Source: an uncultured virus (IMG/VR IMGVR_UViG_3300023236_000004)
Taxonomy: Duplodnaviria; Heunggongvirae; Uroviricota; Caudoviricetes
Strand: one strand, 5' to 3'
Virus record (IMG/VR): IMGVR_UViG_3300023236_000004
Length of the DNA: 64,000 nt
In this document: positions 1 through 10,111 of the stretch, piece after piece
Layout: every line of letters starts with the position of its first letter
Position numbering within the stretch: the first letter of the stretch is position 1
The notes under the pieces: model-generated
What the model was told of the DNA's origin: nothing
Databases searched by the model: none
What the model saw: only the letters and a program-made list of their open reading frames with translations
Made by a program: the position numbers and the translations under genes

Positions 1-25
1 GTCCTTTAAACTCCCTTAGACGCAT
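1..25 (-). CDS. 5' start of a gene running off the left edge (MRLREFKG...), possible internal head protein
   Basis: ATG 9 nt after the stop of the 35..913 gene. The MRxxEF N-terminus resembles that of the 10750..11103 gene. Only 8 codons are visible. Confidence 0.4.
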
Positions 26-34
26 TCGACTAGC

Positions 35-913
35 CTACTTGTTTTCTTTTGCTTTTTTGTCTTTGGCGGCTTTCTTCATTGGCTCTTTTTTGTCACCGTC
101 ACCATCTAAATCTAAATAATCTGGCTTGTAATCACGTGTGTGCTTTACACCTTTGGCAGTCTTTTCTAGTGTACCGTGCTTGGTTTTTTTCTTAGAACCA
201 ACTGGTGCACCTGCGTCAAAGTCTTCGTTAACATCATACTCTTTGCCGCCAACCTTGAATTTGTCTTTGCCATCTTTTTTGGCCTGTGCTAACGCACCCG
301 AAAATTCGTTGCCTTCATTTGGCTCTTCTTCAAGCTCTTGCTTTGCTTCTGCAAATTCAGCAAACTCTTTAAGTAGTCTTTGTTCGATCTGTGCAACACC
401 TTCAGCAATGGCACTTTCGTTCGTGCGTTTCTTTTTTGTACCGCAACTAGACTCGTCCATCTCTTCCTCAGAGTCTTTCATTTCTTCCTTGCAATCATCA
501 ATCATAGCTTTTAGCTTGCCTTGATCGCAGTCAGGATGCATATCGCAGATTTCTTTCTTAGTCATTCCATCTTTGCACATGTCCATAACATGCTTCTTTG
601 ATGGCATTTTGCCTTCAGCACCTTCGTTAACTTCTTCATCTCCAAAGTTGAACTTTGCTTTTGCTTCTGCTTTGGACATGCTGTACTTGTCACTGAACTC
701 GTCGCTAGTTAGTTCGTCAATATCGCCGAGCAGTTCTTTCATCTTACCTTCGGTAACTGGCTGTGCGCTTTCGTTTAATTGTTGTAACTTTCCTAAGATA
801 TCAGCCATTGCTGTATCTGCGGTTACTGTGCGCTTGCCTTCTGTAAGTGGCTTTGATTCGTCTGTTGCTTGCGAAAAAGTTGATAGTATATCTAGCATTT
901 GTCTGTCAGTCAT
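35..913 (-). CDS. Acidic/charged putative internal head (prohead core-type) protein
   Basis: 292 aa with repeated (L/V/I)-x-E-(G/S) motifs resembling gp21 protease sites, and a C-terminal DLDGDGD motif. SD AAGGA upstream. Confidence 0.55.
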   Translation of the reverse strand: MTDRQMLDILSTFSQATDESKPLTEGKRTVTADTAMADILGKLQQLNESAQPVTEGKMKELLGDIDELTSDEFSDKYSMSKAEAKAKFNFGDEEVNEGAEGKMPSKKHVMDMCKDGMTKKEICDMHPDCDQGKLKAMIDDCKEEMKDSEEEMDESSCGTKKKRTNESAIAEGVAQIEQRLLKEFAEFAEAKQELEEEPNEGNEFSGALAQAKKDGKDKFKVGGKEYDVNEDFDAGAPVGSKKKTKHGTLEKTAKGVKHTRDYKPDYLDLDGDGDKKEPMKKAAKDKKAKENK

Positions 914-934
914 TGTATTATCCTTAATATCTTT

Positions 935-1480
935 TTAACTGCCCATTGGGCTTGTTGTTCCTTGTGGTACATCATTGGTTGTTTTGCCTGCGGCTGTTTT
1001 TTCAGCTACTGGCACTGAGTGCTTCTGTAGATCTTTTAACATACTGTCGATGCGCTCTTGGCCCACTAATTCTTGCGAACCTGGAGCATCTTTAAGTGTA
1101 TCGTCTGTTAATAAAGCACCTTCATGGTCTTTTCCAGCTTCTTCTGCGGCTTGGGTCAACTCAGCAGTATCTTTGGTTTGTACACAAACATAGTCTGGGC
1201 TCATACCAGCACGTTCTCGTAGCATCTGTTCAATCTGCACAGTGGTTGTTGGGTAAGCAACTTCTACATCAAACTGCCAGCACTCACATGCACCCCATCT
1301 TGGAAATTCCTGATGCTCCATTACAGGCATGCTCTTTGGCTTGCTAACACTTACTAACTCGTAGGTGTCAAGAGCACTTTTAATCTGCTCCATCATTTTG
1401 CTTGGATCTTGTTTTGCCATCTTAACACGGAAAGTATATGTTGTGTTAAGAGAGGCTATATATTCGTTTAGACTTTTCAT
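935..1480 (-). CDS. Hypothetical late protein
   Basis: 181-aa ORF with SD AGGA and ATAAATA late promoter at 1504..1510. N-terminus MKSLNEYI. Confidence 0.7.
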   Translation of the reverse strand: MKSLNEYIASLNTTYTFRVKMAKQDPSKMMEQIKSALDTYELVSVSKPKSMPVMEHQEFPRWGACECWQFDVEVAYPTTTVQIEQMLRERAGMSPDYVCVQTKDTAELTQAAEEAGKDHEGALLTDDTLKDAPGSQELVGQERIDSMLKDLQKHSVPVAEKTAAGKTTNDVPQGTTSPMGS

Positions 1481-1509
1481 TGGTATTCGTCCTGTTTATA
1501 GTATATTTA

Positions 1510-2034
1510 TTACTTCTTGCTGTTTTGCAAAATCTGATCTAGCAGTGCATTACGATCTAACACAACGCCTTGGCCGTCTACTGCTGTGTCTTCTGGTGCA
1601 TCTTTGCTGGTCCGATGATCCAGCTTTGCTTTTTGCAACTGCAACTGCACCATGCGCAACTTCTTATCCATCTTTGCAGTTTTAGCAGTGATAGCATGAC
1701 CTAATAATGTGCCTGCTGTTTGAAACACTTGTCCACCAAAACGGGGATCCATGTTCATACCCAGTTCCATCAAATCCTCAAACTTGTCTTTGGCCAATGT
1801 AGCAAGATCGTCCATTTCTTGATCGCTGGCTTCTAGGTCTCTGACTGTGGGCAGTGCAATGTCAATCTTGTCTATTGCATCATCTACTTGTGCAATAATG
1901 TTTCTCTGCTCTTGTATTTCTTGTTTGGCCTGCAGGCTTACTTCAGTGTCGTGCAGTATTTTAAAACTGCTGTCGCTGGATCCTGGTCCCAGGTCAGTGG
2001 GTAAATCAAATAGGTTTTCTAGTTTCTTAGTCAT
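1510..2034 (-). CDS. Putative terminase small subunit (gp16-like)
   Basis: 174 aa, helical. The segment MDPRFGGQVFQTAGTLL...KKLRMVQLQL resembles the PR..EV...L helix of T4-like gp16. Late promoter upstream. Confidence 0.45.
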   Translation of the reverse strand: MTKKLENLFDLPTDLGPGSSDSSFKILHDTEVSLQAKQEIQEQRNIIAQVDDAIDKIDIALPTVRDLEASDQEMDDLATLAKDKFEDLMELGMNMDPRFGGQVFQTAGTLLGHAITAKTAKMDKKLRMVQLQLQKAKLDHRTSKDAPEDTAVDGQGVVLDRNALLDQILQNSKK

Positions 2035-2042
2035 GCACGTAT

Positions 2043-2480
2043 TTACCGTGCTTTGCCCTGGTGGAAGATATCATGTTCAGTTACTATACGGAACTTTAGG
2101 CCGTGTTGATCACACCATGCTTGAGCCGCTTGCCACTTGTGCATGTTTAGCACTGCCGCGGCTTGATCCCTTGGACTTTTTGCTTCATCCAACGAAGTTT
2201 CTTTGTTTGGCTTGACTTCAATTAGTTCTGCATGTTTCTCGCCATTCTTCTTTACATACACAACCATGAAGTCAGGAACGTATACTGTGTTTTTGTTAGT
2301 AAAAGGATTTCTATAAGGAATACGTATCGATTCGCTTGCCCACTGTAGTATAGCAGGATTCTCATCACAGAAGCGCATGAACACATGTTCCCATCCGCTT
2401 CTAAACTGTGGTGTTTTGTTTCCTACATATTTTGATGTATTCTTTACTTGATAAAATCCATTATGGTACTTGGAGCTCAT
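2043..2480 (-). CDS. gp4: Head completion nuclease, T4 gp4-like (TnsA/PD-(D/E)xK fold)
   Basis: KYVG...RSGWE..FM.FCD.NP.IL.WASE...IPY...YVPDF...IEVKP signature. Confidence 0.9.
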   Translation of the reverse strand: MSSKYHNGFYQVKNTSKYVGNKTPQFRSGWEHVFMRFCDENPAILQWASESIRIPYRNPFTNKNTVYVPDFMVVYVKKNGEKHAELIEVKPNKETSLDEAKSPRDQAAAVLNMHKWQAAQAWCDQHGLKFRIVTEHDIFHQGKAR

Positions 2481-2875
2481 GGCAATATTGATCGTTGTAC
2501 GTATTTGTTAATGGTTGGTGCATTTTTTATTCCCAAGAAACTGGTTCCTACACGGTCGAAGTTTAAAAACATTGCAGTGTAGGCATCTAAGTCACCTATA
2601 GGGATTTTTTGGAATTCCTGCAATGTCTCCATTGGATTCAAACCTTGCTTTACACTTGTATAAATTACAGCACTGGCTAAAGCCCTAGCAGATTGTTTGT
2701 CAGCAGTAACAGTTTCAAAGAAACCAACTATAGCAGAATCAACGTTACTGCTTACTTCTACAGGAATTTCTGTAAAATTATTAAAATACTTTTGTATGTC
2801 TTTTTGGACAATAGCATTCAGATTAACTGATCCTAGGTTTGTGGGATTATTTTTTGTCTTAACCAAATTTGGCAT
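2477..2875 (-). CDS. Hypothetical virion protein
   Basis: 132-aa ORF, coupled by overlap to both neighbours in the tail operon. Confidence 0.7.
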   Translation of the reverse strand: MPNLVKTKNNPTNLGSVNLNAIVQKDIQKYFNNFTEIPVEVSSNVDSAIVGFFETVTADKQSARALASAVIYTSVKQGLNPMETLQEFQKIPIGDLDAYTAMFLNFDRVGTSFLGIKNAPTINKYVQRSILP

Positions 2876-3063
2876 TAATTATCCTTTGCAACACGCTGAT
2901 TACTCGGTACTGATGGAAGTTTGCTTTCAATCTTATAAGCAGTGCCTTGTGCAAAATAGTTCTCTTGCGTAGTTGTGTCTATAGAAGTTAACTCAGACGC
3001 AGTATTACTAGTACTTTCTCCAAAAATTGAAGAAGAAAATATGGCACTATTGGATATTGTCAT
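2875..3063 (-). CDS. Hypothetical protein, 62 aa
   Basis: Fills the gap between neighbours with ATGA and TAATG overlaps. Confidence 0.55.
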   Translation of the reverse strand: MTISNSAIFSSSIFGESTSNTASELTSIDTTTQENYFAQGTAYKIESKLPSVPSNQRVAKDN

Positions 3064-4817
3064 TGTGTGGTTTTTCCTGGGTTGGTGTTTCTACCAAATC
3101 TAATTTCAGGTGGAACTAGATCATCAATATTACCTGTTTCAACAAATTTTTGTCCTTGCTCTCCTGCTAGTTCTATCATTGACTGCAAATCTCGTGTGGT
3201 GTTAGGTCCTGTTGATGCAATTAGTCTATCTCCAAAAGGAGTACGCTTGAGTGCATTAATGCCATTTGTTACAGTGTTTGTGCCTGTAGTAAACGTTGTA
3301 TCGTTTAGACTTTGGGGTCCTATCTTGGTCGTGCCGCTGGCGGCTCTACTTTGTTGGCTAAACAGTGCTTGCGCATCACTAGCTAAATTCTGTCCTATAG
3401 ATGCTATTCTACCAAAGAATCCACTGTTAACTGGTGTAGTTGATTGGTCAGTTGCAGATACTGTGGATCCGCCTGCATCTTTTGCTAAATCTAAAACGTT
3501 ATTAAGATTAGTTGTACCAGCAATGTCACCATTCAATGAAGAAAGACTTTCTATGAAGGGGAAACTAGCACCAAATCCTGGAGTTCCTGTTATCGGTGAA
3601 GTCACTGACTGGAATATATCTGGAATTGCACCTAATGATATGCCGTTGCTTATTAAATTGTTAGATCCAGGGTTGCTCTGTTTTGCCGTTGGATTGTCTA
3701 GTTTAATTTGTGTTTGTGCATCATTAAATTCTACAGAACTATTGTTTGGTACAAACACAGTATTCCTTGGGTCTTGACCACTTAATATGCTTTTAATTTG
3801 TTGTGTTAGCTCTGTTTCAGCAAGTCCTTTAAGATCTGTATTATTAGTTTCTAGATTTTGAAAAGTTCTAAACGCGGTAAACAATGCACTACCTACGCCA
3901 GCGGCATTTGTTCCCCTGGCCCCACCTGTGCCACTTTCGGATAGTATTGTGTCAATTGCATTAACGAAACCTCCTGGGCCCAATATACTTTCTACCCCGC
4001 CGCCTTGCGGTGTGAGTGGACTTGGCGACTTGTCATAATGTAACTCACCAAAGCCAATTACTGTTGAGGGATTGACGTCTCCTGTTGCGTACAAGACTGT
4101 TGTGAAGTCAACTGTCATCCTATGACTTAATGTAGCATTTTGACTAGCATCATGATTACCGTGTTCAAATTTTGTAATTATAGGGTTAATTAACGTGTAT
4201 TCACTGAATCTTTTTTGATGTAAGCTATACACTCTGATGGCATTTAAGTATTGTGGTGTACCAAATGACGTGCCTCTCGGGGCATAACCAAAGTCATTTA
4301 ACCCTGTTGAGCCTTCTGATAAACCAGGCACAAAAACTTCTCCGCCCTCTACCCTCGGTCTATACTTGGAGTTTCTATAATAGGTACTGTTTACTTCGCC
4401 CGATTCAGATCCCGAAGATGACTTGTAACCTAAATCTGTGTCGCGATAGTAATGTGTTAAGTAGTCAAACCAAAAGTGTCTAACTACATCTGCTGAATCG
4501 TCATGAAATTCAATATCAATTGAAGGATAACGTAATTTTGTTTGAACAATGTCTTTTCTATTGTAACTATTTAATTCTGTATTATCAACTGTGTATCGTG
4601 GCAAAGTAACTGCTTTAACCAACATCCCAGTTTCTAGTTGCTTGGTCCTAGCGTACGATGCTGTACTAGCAAAGTCAAAAAATACATGATATAGCCATGT
4701 ATACTTAGGAGACAACCTATAGTTGTCAGTGACCATTAGTCTACTGGCGTGTTTGTAGTCTTTTACTGTATCGCCAGTACCTAGTTGTCTTAAAAATCCG
4801 TCAAAAATGTTTGCCAT
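3060..4817 (-). CDS. Tail-tube-fold protein (gp19/gp54-like N-terminal domain) with long low-complexity C-terminus
   Basis: LVKAVTLPRY...NSYNRK..VQTKL.Y..I.IEFHDD parallels the adjacent tube protein. GATAAATA promoter core at 4836..4842. Confidence 0.65.
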   Translation of the reverse strand: MANIFDGFLRQLGTGDTVKDYKHASRLMVTDNYRLSPKYTWLYHVFFDFASTASYARTKQLETGMLVKAVTLPRYTVDNTELNSYNRKDIVQTKLRYPSIDIEFHDDSADVVRHFWFDYLTHYYRDTDLGYKSSSGSESGEVNSTYYRNSKYRPRVEGGEVFVPGLSEGSTGLNDFGYAPRGTSFGTPQYLNAIRVYSLHQKRFSEYTLINPIITKFEHGNHDASQNATLSHRMTVDFTTVLYATGDVNPSTVIGFGELHYDKSPSPLTPQGGGVESILGPGGFVNAIDTILSESGTGGARGTNAAGVGSALFTAFRTFQNLETNNTDLKGLAETELTQQIKSILSGQDPRNTVFVPNNSSVEFNDAQTQIKLDNPTAKQSNPGSNNLISNGISLGAIPDIFQSVTSPITGTPGFGASFPFIESLSSLNGDIAGTTNLNNVLDLAKDAGGSTVSATDQSTTPVNSGFFGRIASIGQNLASDAQALFSQQSRAASGTTKIGPQSLNDTTFTTGTNTVTNGINALKRTPFGDRLIASTGPNTTRDLQSMIELAGEQGQKFVETGNIDDLVPPEIRFGRNTNPGKTTQ

Positions 4818-4845
4818 ATATAGAGCCTTATATGGTATTTATCCC

Positions 4846-4877
4846 AAAAAAATACCCGGATTTTTTGTCCGGGTATT
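4846..4877 (-). terminator. Rho-independent terminator after the tail tube gene
   Basis: AATACCCGGA/TCCGGGTATT inverted repeat followed by a T-run on the minus strand. Confidence 0.75.
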
Positions 4878-4899
4878 GTCTTAGTGCCTAATTTAAATA

Positions 4900-5523
4900 T
4901 TAACCACCACCTGTAACTAGTGTACCTAAAGTTCTTCCTACTGCTGATCCTACGCCTGTACCAGTTGGTGTCTGGACTGCGTTATCATACATAATTGTTA
5001 AATCAATTTGTGCAGGATCATTTGAACTGTAGTCCATGTCACCATAGTTTACTTGGCTTACCAATGCACCATATAGTTCCCACGTTTCCAAAACATTAGC
5101 TTCATTGGCTCCGTTACCACCATCCAGCATTTCGAACTTAAGAACAAATTTGTAATCAATACCTGAACTTGCTGATGCTTGTTCTGCAAAGTCGAATTGT
5201 TTCTGAATTTGTTCTCCAACAAGTTTGCTAACATTCCCGCCAGCATCATCACGCAATGCAACTGTGATGTCCTGCCAGTTTGGTTTACCTATTAACTTAA
5301 CTTTACTGTTATACACATCAAGTGTAATTGGGTCAAAGTTAAGATTTGGTCTGGCAATACTTACTACTTGTTTTGTGAGCTCTACTTTTTCGCTACTAAC
5401 ACCAAAGTTTTCAAATATCGCCCGGAAGCGGTATTTCATCTTTGGCATTAACAAACCTTGAGTACTTGCACTCTGGTCTGTACTCAAAGGTACTGTAAAT
5501 CTGTTTAATGACGATATTGCCAT
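4900..5523 (-). CDS. gp19: Tail tube protein
   Basis: Directly downstream of the sheath gene. PK.KYRFR...LTKQV..IARP...GKPNWQDITV.LRDD...W.LYGA...V.YG..DY...YDNA pattern. Confidence 0.9.
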   Translation of the reverse strand: MAISSLNRFTVPLSTDQSASTQGLLMPKMKYRFRAIFENFGVSSEKVELTKQVVSIARPNLNFDPITLDVYNSKVKLIGKPNWQDITVALRDDAGGNVSKLVGEQIQKQFDFAEQASASSGIDYKFVLKFEMLDGGNGANEANVLETWELYGALVSQVNYGDMDYSSNDPAQIDLTIMYDNAVQTPTGTGVGSAVGRTLGTLVTGGG

Positions 5524-5603
5524 ATTATGTTCTCCTGTTATAAGTATTTATCGAAAATACCCATTGTGTTAACGGAGCCCGGAGGCTCTATTAAGTACTA
5601 CTA

Positions 5604-8600
5604 TTATAAAGTTCCTGCGGCTATATCACCTGGATTTTTTAGTCTAATTGGAATGAAGATAAATTCAACTGCCTTCATTGGTTCAATAGCAATATCAACA
5701 TACAACTCGTTACGTGCAATACGTGTCGGAGTATTGTTTGAATTATCGCAAACTACCAAGTAGTCAAAAAGACCACGTTTAGAAACTAAATCATTTAGTG
5801 AGCCACTAATAATATTTGAGATTTGATCTCTTGTTATTTTATCGTTTGGTTCAAACAAGAATCCATCTCCAACTCTTGCAAGTGATGTTCGTATAAAGTT
5901 AACTAAACGTGCTACGTTAATACGATCCAAACTACTTGCGGTTGGATTACGAGTCTTCTGTCCAAATACAACTAAGCCAATGCCTGGCAAATTAGTAATT
6001 GGGTTGATCTTGTTTTCGTACAGTGTATCGCGTAGTCCTACTCTAATACTGTTAGTTTCAAACTCTCCTGTTGTTGAGTTAATATAACCAACACTAGAAG
6101 CATTGTCTACTAGACCTCGTCTTGTACCTGCTGGTGCAAACCACTGATACGCAACATTATCGTTAAAGATCATTGTGCGCAGTGCCATATGACTTGATGG
6201 GACAACAATAGCGTTGCCTTGTAAGTCTGAAGTCAGACCTGCTGGATAATACACACCTAAGTACGGATCACTAGTTGATAGTCCGTCTCCGTTAGTATTA
6301 TTACTCCAGGCAGCAATGTCAGTAGCAGTTGGTGCTAGGCGTAACGGGGTATCACCAATAACAAACGCTGTATTCTTGCGATCGTTATTAAGAGCTACCA
6401 TTTCATCAATTACTTCTTCATACCCTGGTGCGGCAATAATATTAAAACTATATTGATCTTCACGCACTTCAGTATTTGCTGTTACTGCACTTTGCATTGC
6501 GGCTACAATTGATTGTCTTTGTGCTTTACGTCCTGCATTCATAGCACCACTAGTTTGTACTCCACTTTGTGTTTGCCATGTGTTCTTTACAGTTGGTAAA
6601 CTGCTACCCGCGCCTGGAACTGCTGGCAAAGTTGGGAATGCAGTTGCGTTAAACTTATCATTTACGTACTGTTTAATGTTGTATCCACCTCTACGCATGT
6701 TCCACAAAAGTGTACCACGTGGGAAAAGTCTATAGTCCGGTGCGTCTTGGTCAATATAATCACTTGCTAACAAACTTGTAATTGATGGTAGAGCTCCTGT
6801 GATAATGTCTGTAGTACCATCTGTATCCCAACGTGCATCTGCAAACACGATACCATTCTGACTTGTTTGGTCTGTGTTGTCAATTAATACAAAAGCAGTA
6901 CCACTGTAGCGATAAAGTTTTGGATAGTTTTCTAAATCACTGCTGTCTAACCACAAATCACCTGCTTTGAGTGAAGTTACACCATCGCTTTGGAATGTTG
7001 GCTCGGTTGCACTAACTTGCACACCGTTTGCATCTGTCAGACTTAAATTAAAACCACGTGCATCTGTTGTTGACCCGTCATAGTAACTGCTCTTGTAGCC
7101 TTTCCAGCCACCGATATCAGCAATCATAATATCAACTGCGGCAGCGTCACTATAGTACCAAAGTGTGCCGTCTGCTGGTGCTTGGTATGGAGCAGTAGTG
7201 CTGTATGTGTATGTTAGTGCTTCCCAGTTAGTCAATGCAAGAACACTGCCAGCGTACAATATAGTACCTGTTGTGCTACTTGAAAAACCTGCATCTGCTG
7301 TTGGTGTACCCGAAACATCTGTTAGGTAAATATCACCACCATAGATATGAGTGAAAGTAATAACATTTGTACTACTTACACTAATGTCTAACTCTGGAAT
7401 GTTAAGTGCTAGTATGTCGCTTACAAAAAGTGCTGGTGATGTACCTGACAATACTACTGTGTACTCTGTAATCACTGCTGAGCCAATACTGGTAACACCA
7501 ATCTTTAGTTGCTCAGTGGCAGTAAATGGATTAGCGGCTGTTGCAGTACCACTAACTACTGTTTGTCCTGCTACTCTACGACTAAATGGCTTGTAACCAC
7601 CTGTGCTTGTACGTAATGGATCATAAGCAACCCAAAGTGTACCAGCGGCAATACCATTACCGCCACCAGCTGGATCTAAACCATAAAGTGCATTTTCTGC
7701 TCTGTTGTAGAAAGGAGCAGCCTGTGTAGTGAATATATCTGTGGTTGTGCTGTACTTTTTAATAGTCAAATCAGCACCTGAACCAGTTGCACCAAGTTTA
7801 GCAAATACTGAACCTGTCGGACGTGGTGTTGTGTCTGTGCTTCTCCAACTTGGATATGCGGCAAAGCTACCGTAAAGCAATAGTGGGTTAGCGTATGTTC
7901 CTGCTGTAATGCCCAATGTTGTTAATGGAGTTCCTGATCCGTTAGCAATTGCAATCTTTCCGTCTGCTGTTGCTCCGTCGCTTTCTGCTAGGCTTGAAGC
8001 ATACAAGTACAACTTGTTGCCTACATTAGCGGCTGTAACACCAGTAACTGCGGCAGTGTTGATTGAGCTAACAACTTGGTCTAGTGTCCTACCAGCGCCA
8101 GTATTACCAATAGTAACGGTATCGCCGTTAATTGTAACTGTAGCGGCTGGAGTGCTTGCAGGAATACTTGGTGAACTTGCTGTACCTTGGATTGTAGCAA
8201 TACTAGTTGCCCAATCATCTGTTCCTATACGTACCCATGTGTTGTACTTTGCATCACCTGTTGGTAAATCTCCACCAGCTTTAAGGAACAAGTTAGCACT
8301 GCTTCCTGTGCCAAATGATACAGCATACTGACCAATTTGTCCAATGCTTGCTTTAGGTACATAGATGCTACTAACTAGTGTTTGATCAGCTGTGCTTGTG
8401 ATCAGCAACGGAGTATTATTTGTAAATGTATTTGTACTAGCATTCCATGAATAAATGCCCCATGCACTTACACTCAAATCTAACCAATGTGTGTTGTTTG
8501 CTACTGCGCCTGTTGGGCGAACTGCTGTTGGTGCTAGTTGATCTAAGTCAACATTTGCTCTAATAGCAAAAATTTTGTTTACATTACCCAATGCGCTATA

Positions 8601-8888
8601 AGCTGCCATTAAGCCATATTCATTTCTCTCGTCACCATGCAATGGTGTGCCTGCGGCGCTTTGCTTAAAGCTGGGATATCCCATTGCGGCAATAAGTTCT
8701 CTTTGGCTATTATAAGTCAATAACTTATTTGCTCTAGCGGCTGTTGTGTCTGCGGCTGTTGTGCCTGAGGGATTTGTTTTGTCCTGGGCTGTGGCCATTA
8801 TAATAAGTGGTACAGTTCCGACTGCACCTGGAACGTATTGACTTTCGTCTGTTACGGTAATTTCTACTCCTGGGGATACTAATGCCAT
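5604..8888 (-). CDS. gp18: Contractile tail sheath protein, 1094 aa (start corrected to MALVSPGVEI)
   Basis: N-terminal SPGVEI..TDES. C-terminal WFAPAGTRRG...LY..KINPI...GQKT...LDRINVARL...FEPND..TR. SD AAGGA and TATAAATA at 8918..8925. Confidence 0.95.
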   Translation of the reverse strand: MALVSPGVEITVTDESQYVPGAVGTVPLIIMATAQDKTNPSGTTAADTTAARANKLLTYNSQRELIAAMGYPSFKQSAAGTPLHGDERNEYGLMAAYSALGNVNKIFAIRANVDLDQLAPTAVRPTGAVANNTHWLDLSVSAWGIYSWNASTNTFTNNTPLLITSTADQTLVSSIYVPKASIGQIGQYAVSFGTGSSANLFLKAGGDLPTGDAKYNTWVRIGTDDWATSIATIQGTASSPSIPASTPAATVTINGDTVTIGNTGAGRTLDQVVSSINTAAVTGVTAANVGNKLYLYASSLAESDGATADGKIAIANGSGTPLTTLGITAGTYANPLLLYGSFAAYPSWRSTDTTPRPTGSVFAKLGATGSGADLTIKKYSTTTDIFTTQAAPFYNRAENALYGLDPAGGGNGIAAGTLWVAYDPLRTSTGGYKPFSRRVAGQTVVSGTATAANPFTATEQLKIGVTSIGSAVITEYTVVLSGTSPALFVSDILALNIPELDISVSSTNVITFTHIYGGDIYLTDVSGTPTADAGFSSSTTGTILYAGSVLALTNWEALTYTYSTTAPYQAPADGTLWYYSDAAAVDIMIADIGGWKGYKSSYYDGSTTDARGFNLSLTDANGVQVSATEPTFQSDGVTSLKAGDLWLDSSDLENYPKLYRYSGTAFVLIDNTDQTSQNGIVFADARWDTDGTTDIITGALPSITSLLASDYIDQDAPDYRLFPRGTLLWNMRRGGYNIKQYVNDKFNATAFPTLPAVPGAGSSLPTVKNTWQTQSGVQTSGAMNAGRKAQRQSIVAAMQSAVTANTEVREDQYSFNIIAAPGYEEVIDEMVALNNDRKNTAFVIGDTPLRLAPTATDIAAWSNNTNGDGLSTSDPYLGVYYPAGLTSDLQGNAIVVPSSHMALRTMIFNDNVAYQWFAPAGTRRGLVDNASSVGYINSTTGEFETNSIRVGLRDTLYENKINPITNLPGIGLVVFGQKTRNPTASSLDRINVARLVNFIRTSLARVGDGFLFEPNDKITRDQISNIISGSLNDLVSKRGLFDYLVVCDNSNNTPTRIARNELYVDIAIEPMKAVEFIFIPIRLKNPGDIAAGTL

Positions 8889-8917
8889 GTTCTTTTCCTT
8901 TTTAAGAAACTTTGTTA

Positions 8918-8982
8918 TATTTATAATAACACTATAGATTTTAGGTCGTTTAGATGCCTTTCGAAAGGTTTGCTTATAAATA
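8918..8982. promoter_or_regulatory. Back-to-back T4-type late promoters TATAAATA (minus 8918..8925, plus 8975..8982)
   Basis: Exact gp55-type consensus upstream of the sheath gene and of the 8988 gene. Confidence 0.8.
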
Positions 8983-8987
8983 CTAGC

Positions 8988-9332
8988 ATGCAACGTCCTT
9001 TATGTCCCACATGTCACGGTAATCCAGTGGCAATAAACTACTATTCTAAAGGCAAAGTCCGTTATAGAAAACAGTGTTCCGGTTGTGCTCGACAGGGTAA
9101 AAGGGGAAAACAGGTTGCCGCCTGGCTACGTGCTGGCTATAAGAAAAAATTAACTTGCGAACGATGCGGATTCAAAGCTAAACACAAACAACAGATGTTT
9201 GTTTTTTATGTAGATGGTAATTTAAAAAATAACAATTGGGTTAATCTAAGAAGCGTATGTGCTAACTGTAGGATAGAACTACAACAGACTACAAACTCCT
9301 GGGTCGAAAGTTCCATCAAAGACGATATATGA
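8988..9332 (+). CDS. Zn-ribbon/HNH-like protein with degenerate active site (start probably ATG 8988)
   Basis: Four CxxC pairs. VDGNLKNNNWVNLRSVCANC is HNH-like, but the histidines are replaced. Confidence 0.7.
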   Translation: MQRPLCPTCHGNPVAINYYSKGKVRYRKQCSGCARQGKRGKQVAAWLRAGYKKKLTCERCGFKAKHKQQMFVFYVDGNLKNNNWVNLRSVCANCRIELQQTTNSWVESSIKDDI

Positions 9333-10111
9333 AATTCTTAATAAAATTTAAAAACTTCAACCAGCTGATCTGTAACATTGATGACAGCGATGTTGGTGCA
9401 AGGTATTACAGTTTAGTTAAGTCAAATTATCAACAGTCATTTCCTGTATATCGAGATCGACCTAAATTTACAAGACAGTACCTAAGTAGTTTGGCAGAAC
9501 AAGCAAACAATCACTTCCGTTGGAACTGGGATGTTAACGAGCTTACCCTTGAAAACACAACACAATTACACAAAGATATAGAACAACTGCTAGTAGATGG
9601 ATTTGACAGTATCCCTGCAGATCTGGATCATGTTATACACGATTTGCATTACGGTTTACATATATTACAGGATAATGTTACGCCTAGTAGGATAGGTTGG
9701 ATGCAGATAGAATGGTACAACGACAGCGGCTTTGCACTAGAAGACTACAAGTTTAAGTCCAAATTGGATATTGGAGATCTTAGACTACAAAACCCTTACG
9801 TTGGACATGGTCCTTTACAAGTATACACCGAGAAGGATTTTACCAACATAAGCCAGACTTGTAAGTTTCATGATGTTGCTAAACCTGGTATTAACTTAAT
9901 TACAGTGTCTACTGATAAGTTCAATGAAGAAGATCAACTAATAGAAAAGTTTCAGCAACATGATCCTAAATTTGTAGATCAACATGGTATTGAAAAAATT
10001 AAATCGTATATAGGATTCCCGGTTGTAGGGAAAGTTGAGAATATAGACTTGTTAGAACAAATAATAAGTTACGATTCGATCTTAGAATTAGAAAGTATTA
10101 AGTTTGATTAA
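9329..10111 (+). CDS. Hypothetical protein
   Basis: 260-aa ORF with ATGA overlap to the upstream gene. No recognised motif. Confidence 0.7.
   Translation: MKFLIKFKNFNQLICNIDDSDVGARYYSLVKSNYQQSFPVYRDRPKFTRQYLSSLAEQANNHFRWNWDVNELTLENTTQLHKDIEQLLVDGFDSIPADLDHVIHDLHYGLHILQDNVTPSRIGWMQIEWYNDSGFALEDYKFKSKLDIGDLRLQNPYVGHGPLQVYTEKDFTNISQTCKFHDVAKPGINLITVSTDKFNEEDQLIEKFQQHDPKFVDQHGIEKIKSYIGFPVVGKVENIDLLEQIISYDSILELESIKFD

Noticed and set aside
2043..2480. TnsA-like transposon endonuclease
   Set aside because: Motifs and context match T4 gp4 head completion protein; no other transposon genes or ends.
5575..5588. GAGCC/GGCTC hairpin after the sheath gene as a terminator
   Set aside because: Short stem with no U-tract; may be only a stability or processing hairpin.
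8889..8993. N-terminal extensions given by the ORF track (sheath from 8993; also 33007, 42056, 10737, 11118)
   Set aside because: SD and promoter positions and conserved N-termini support the downstream ATGs.
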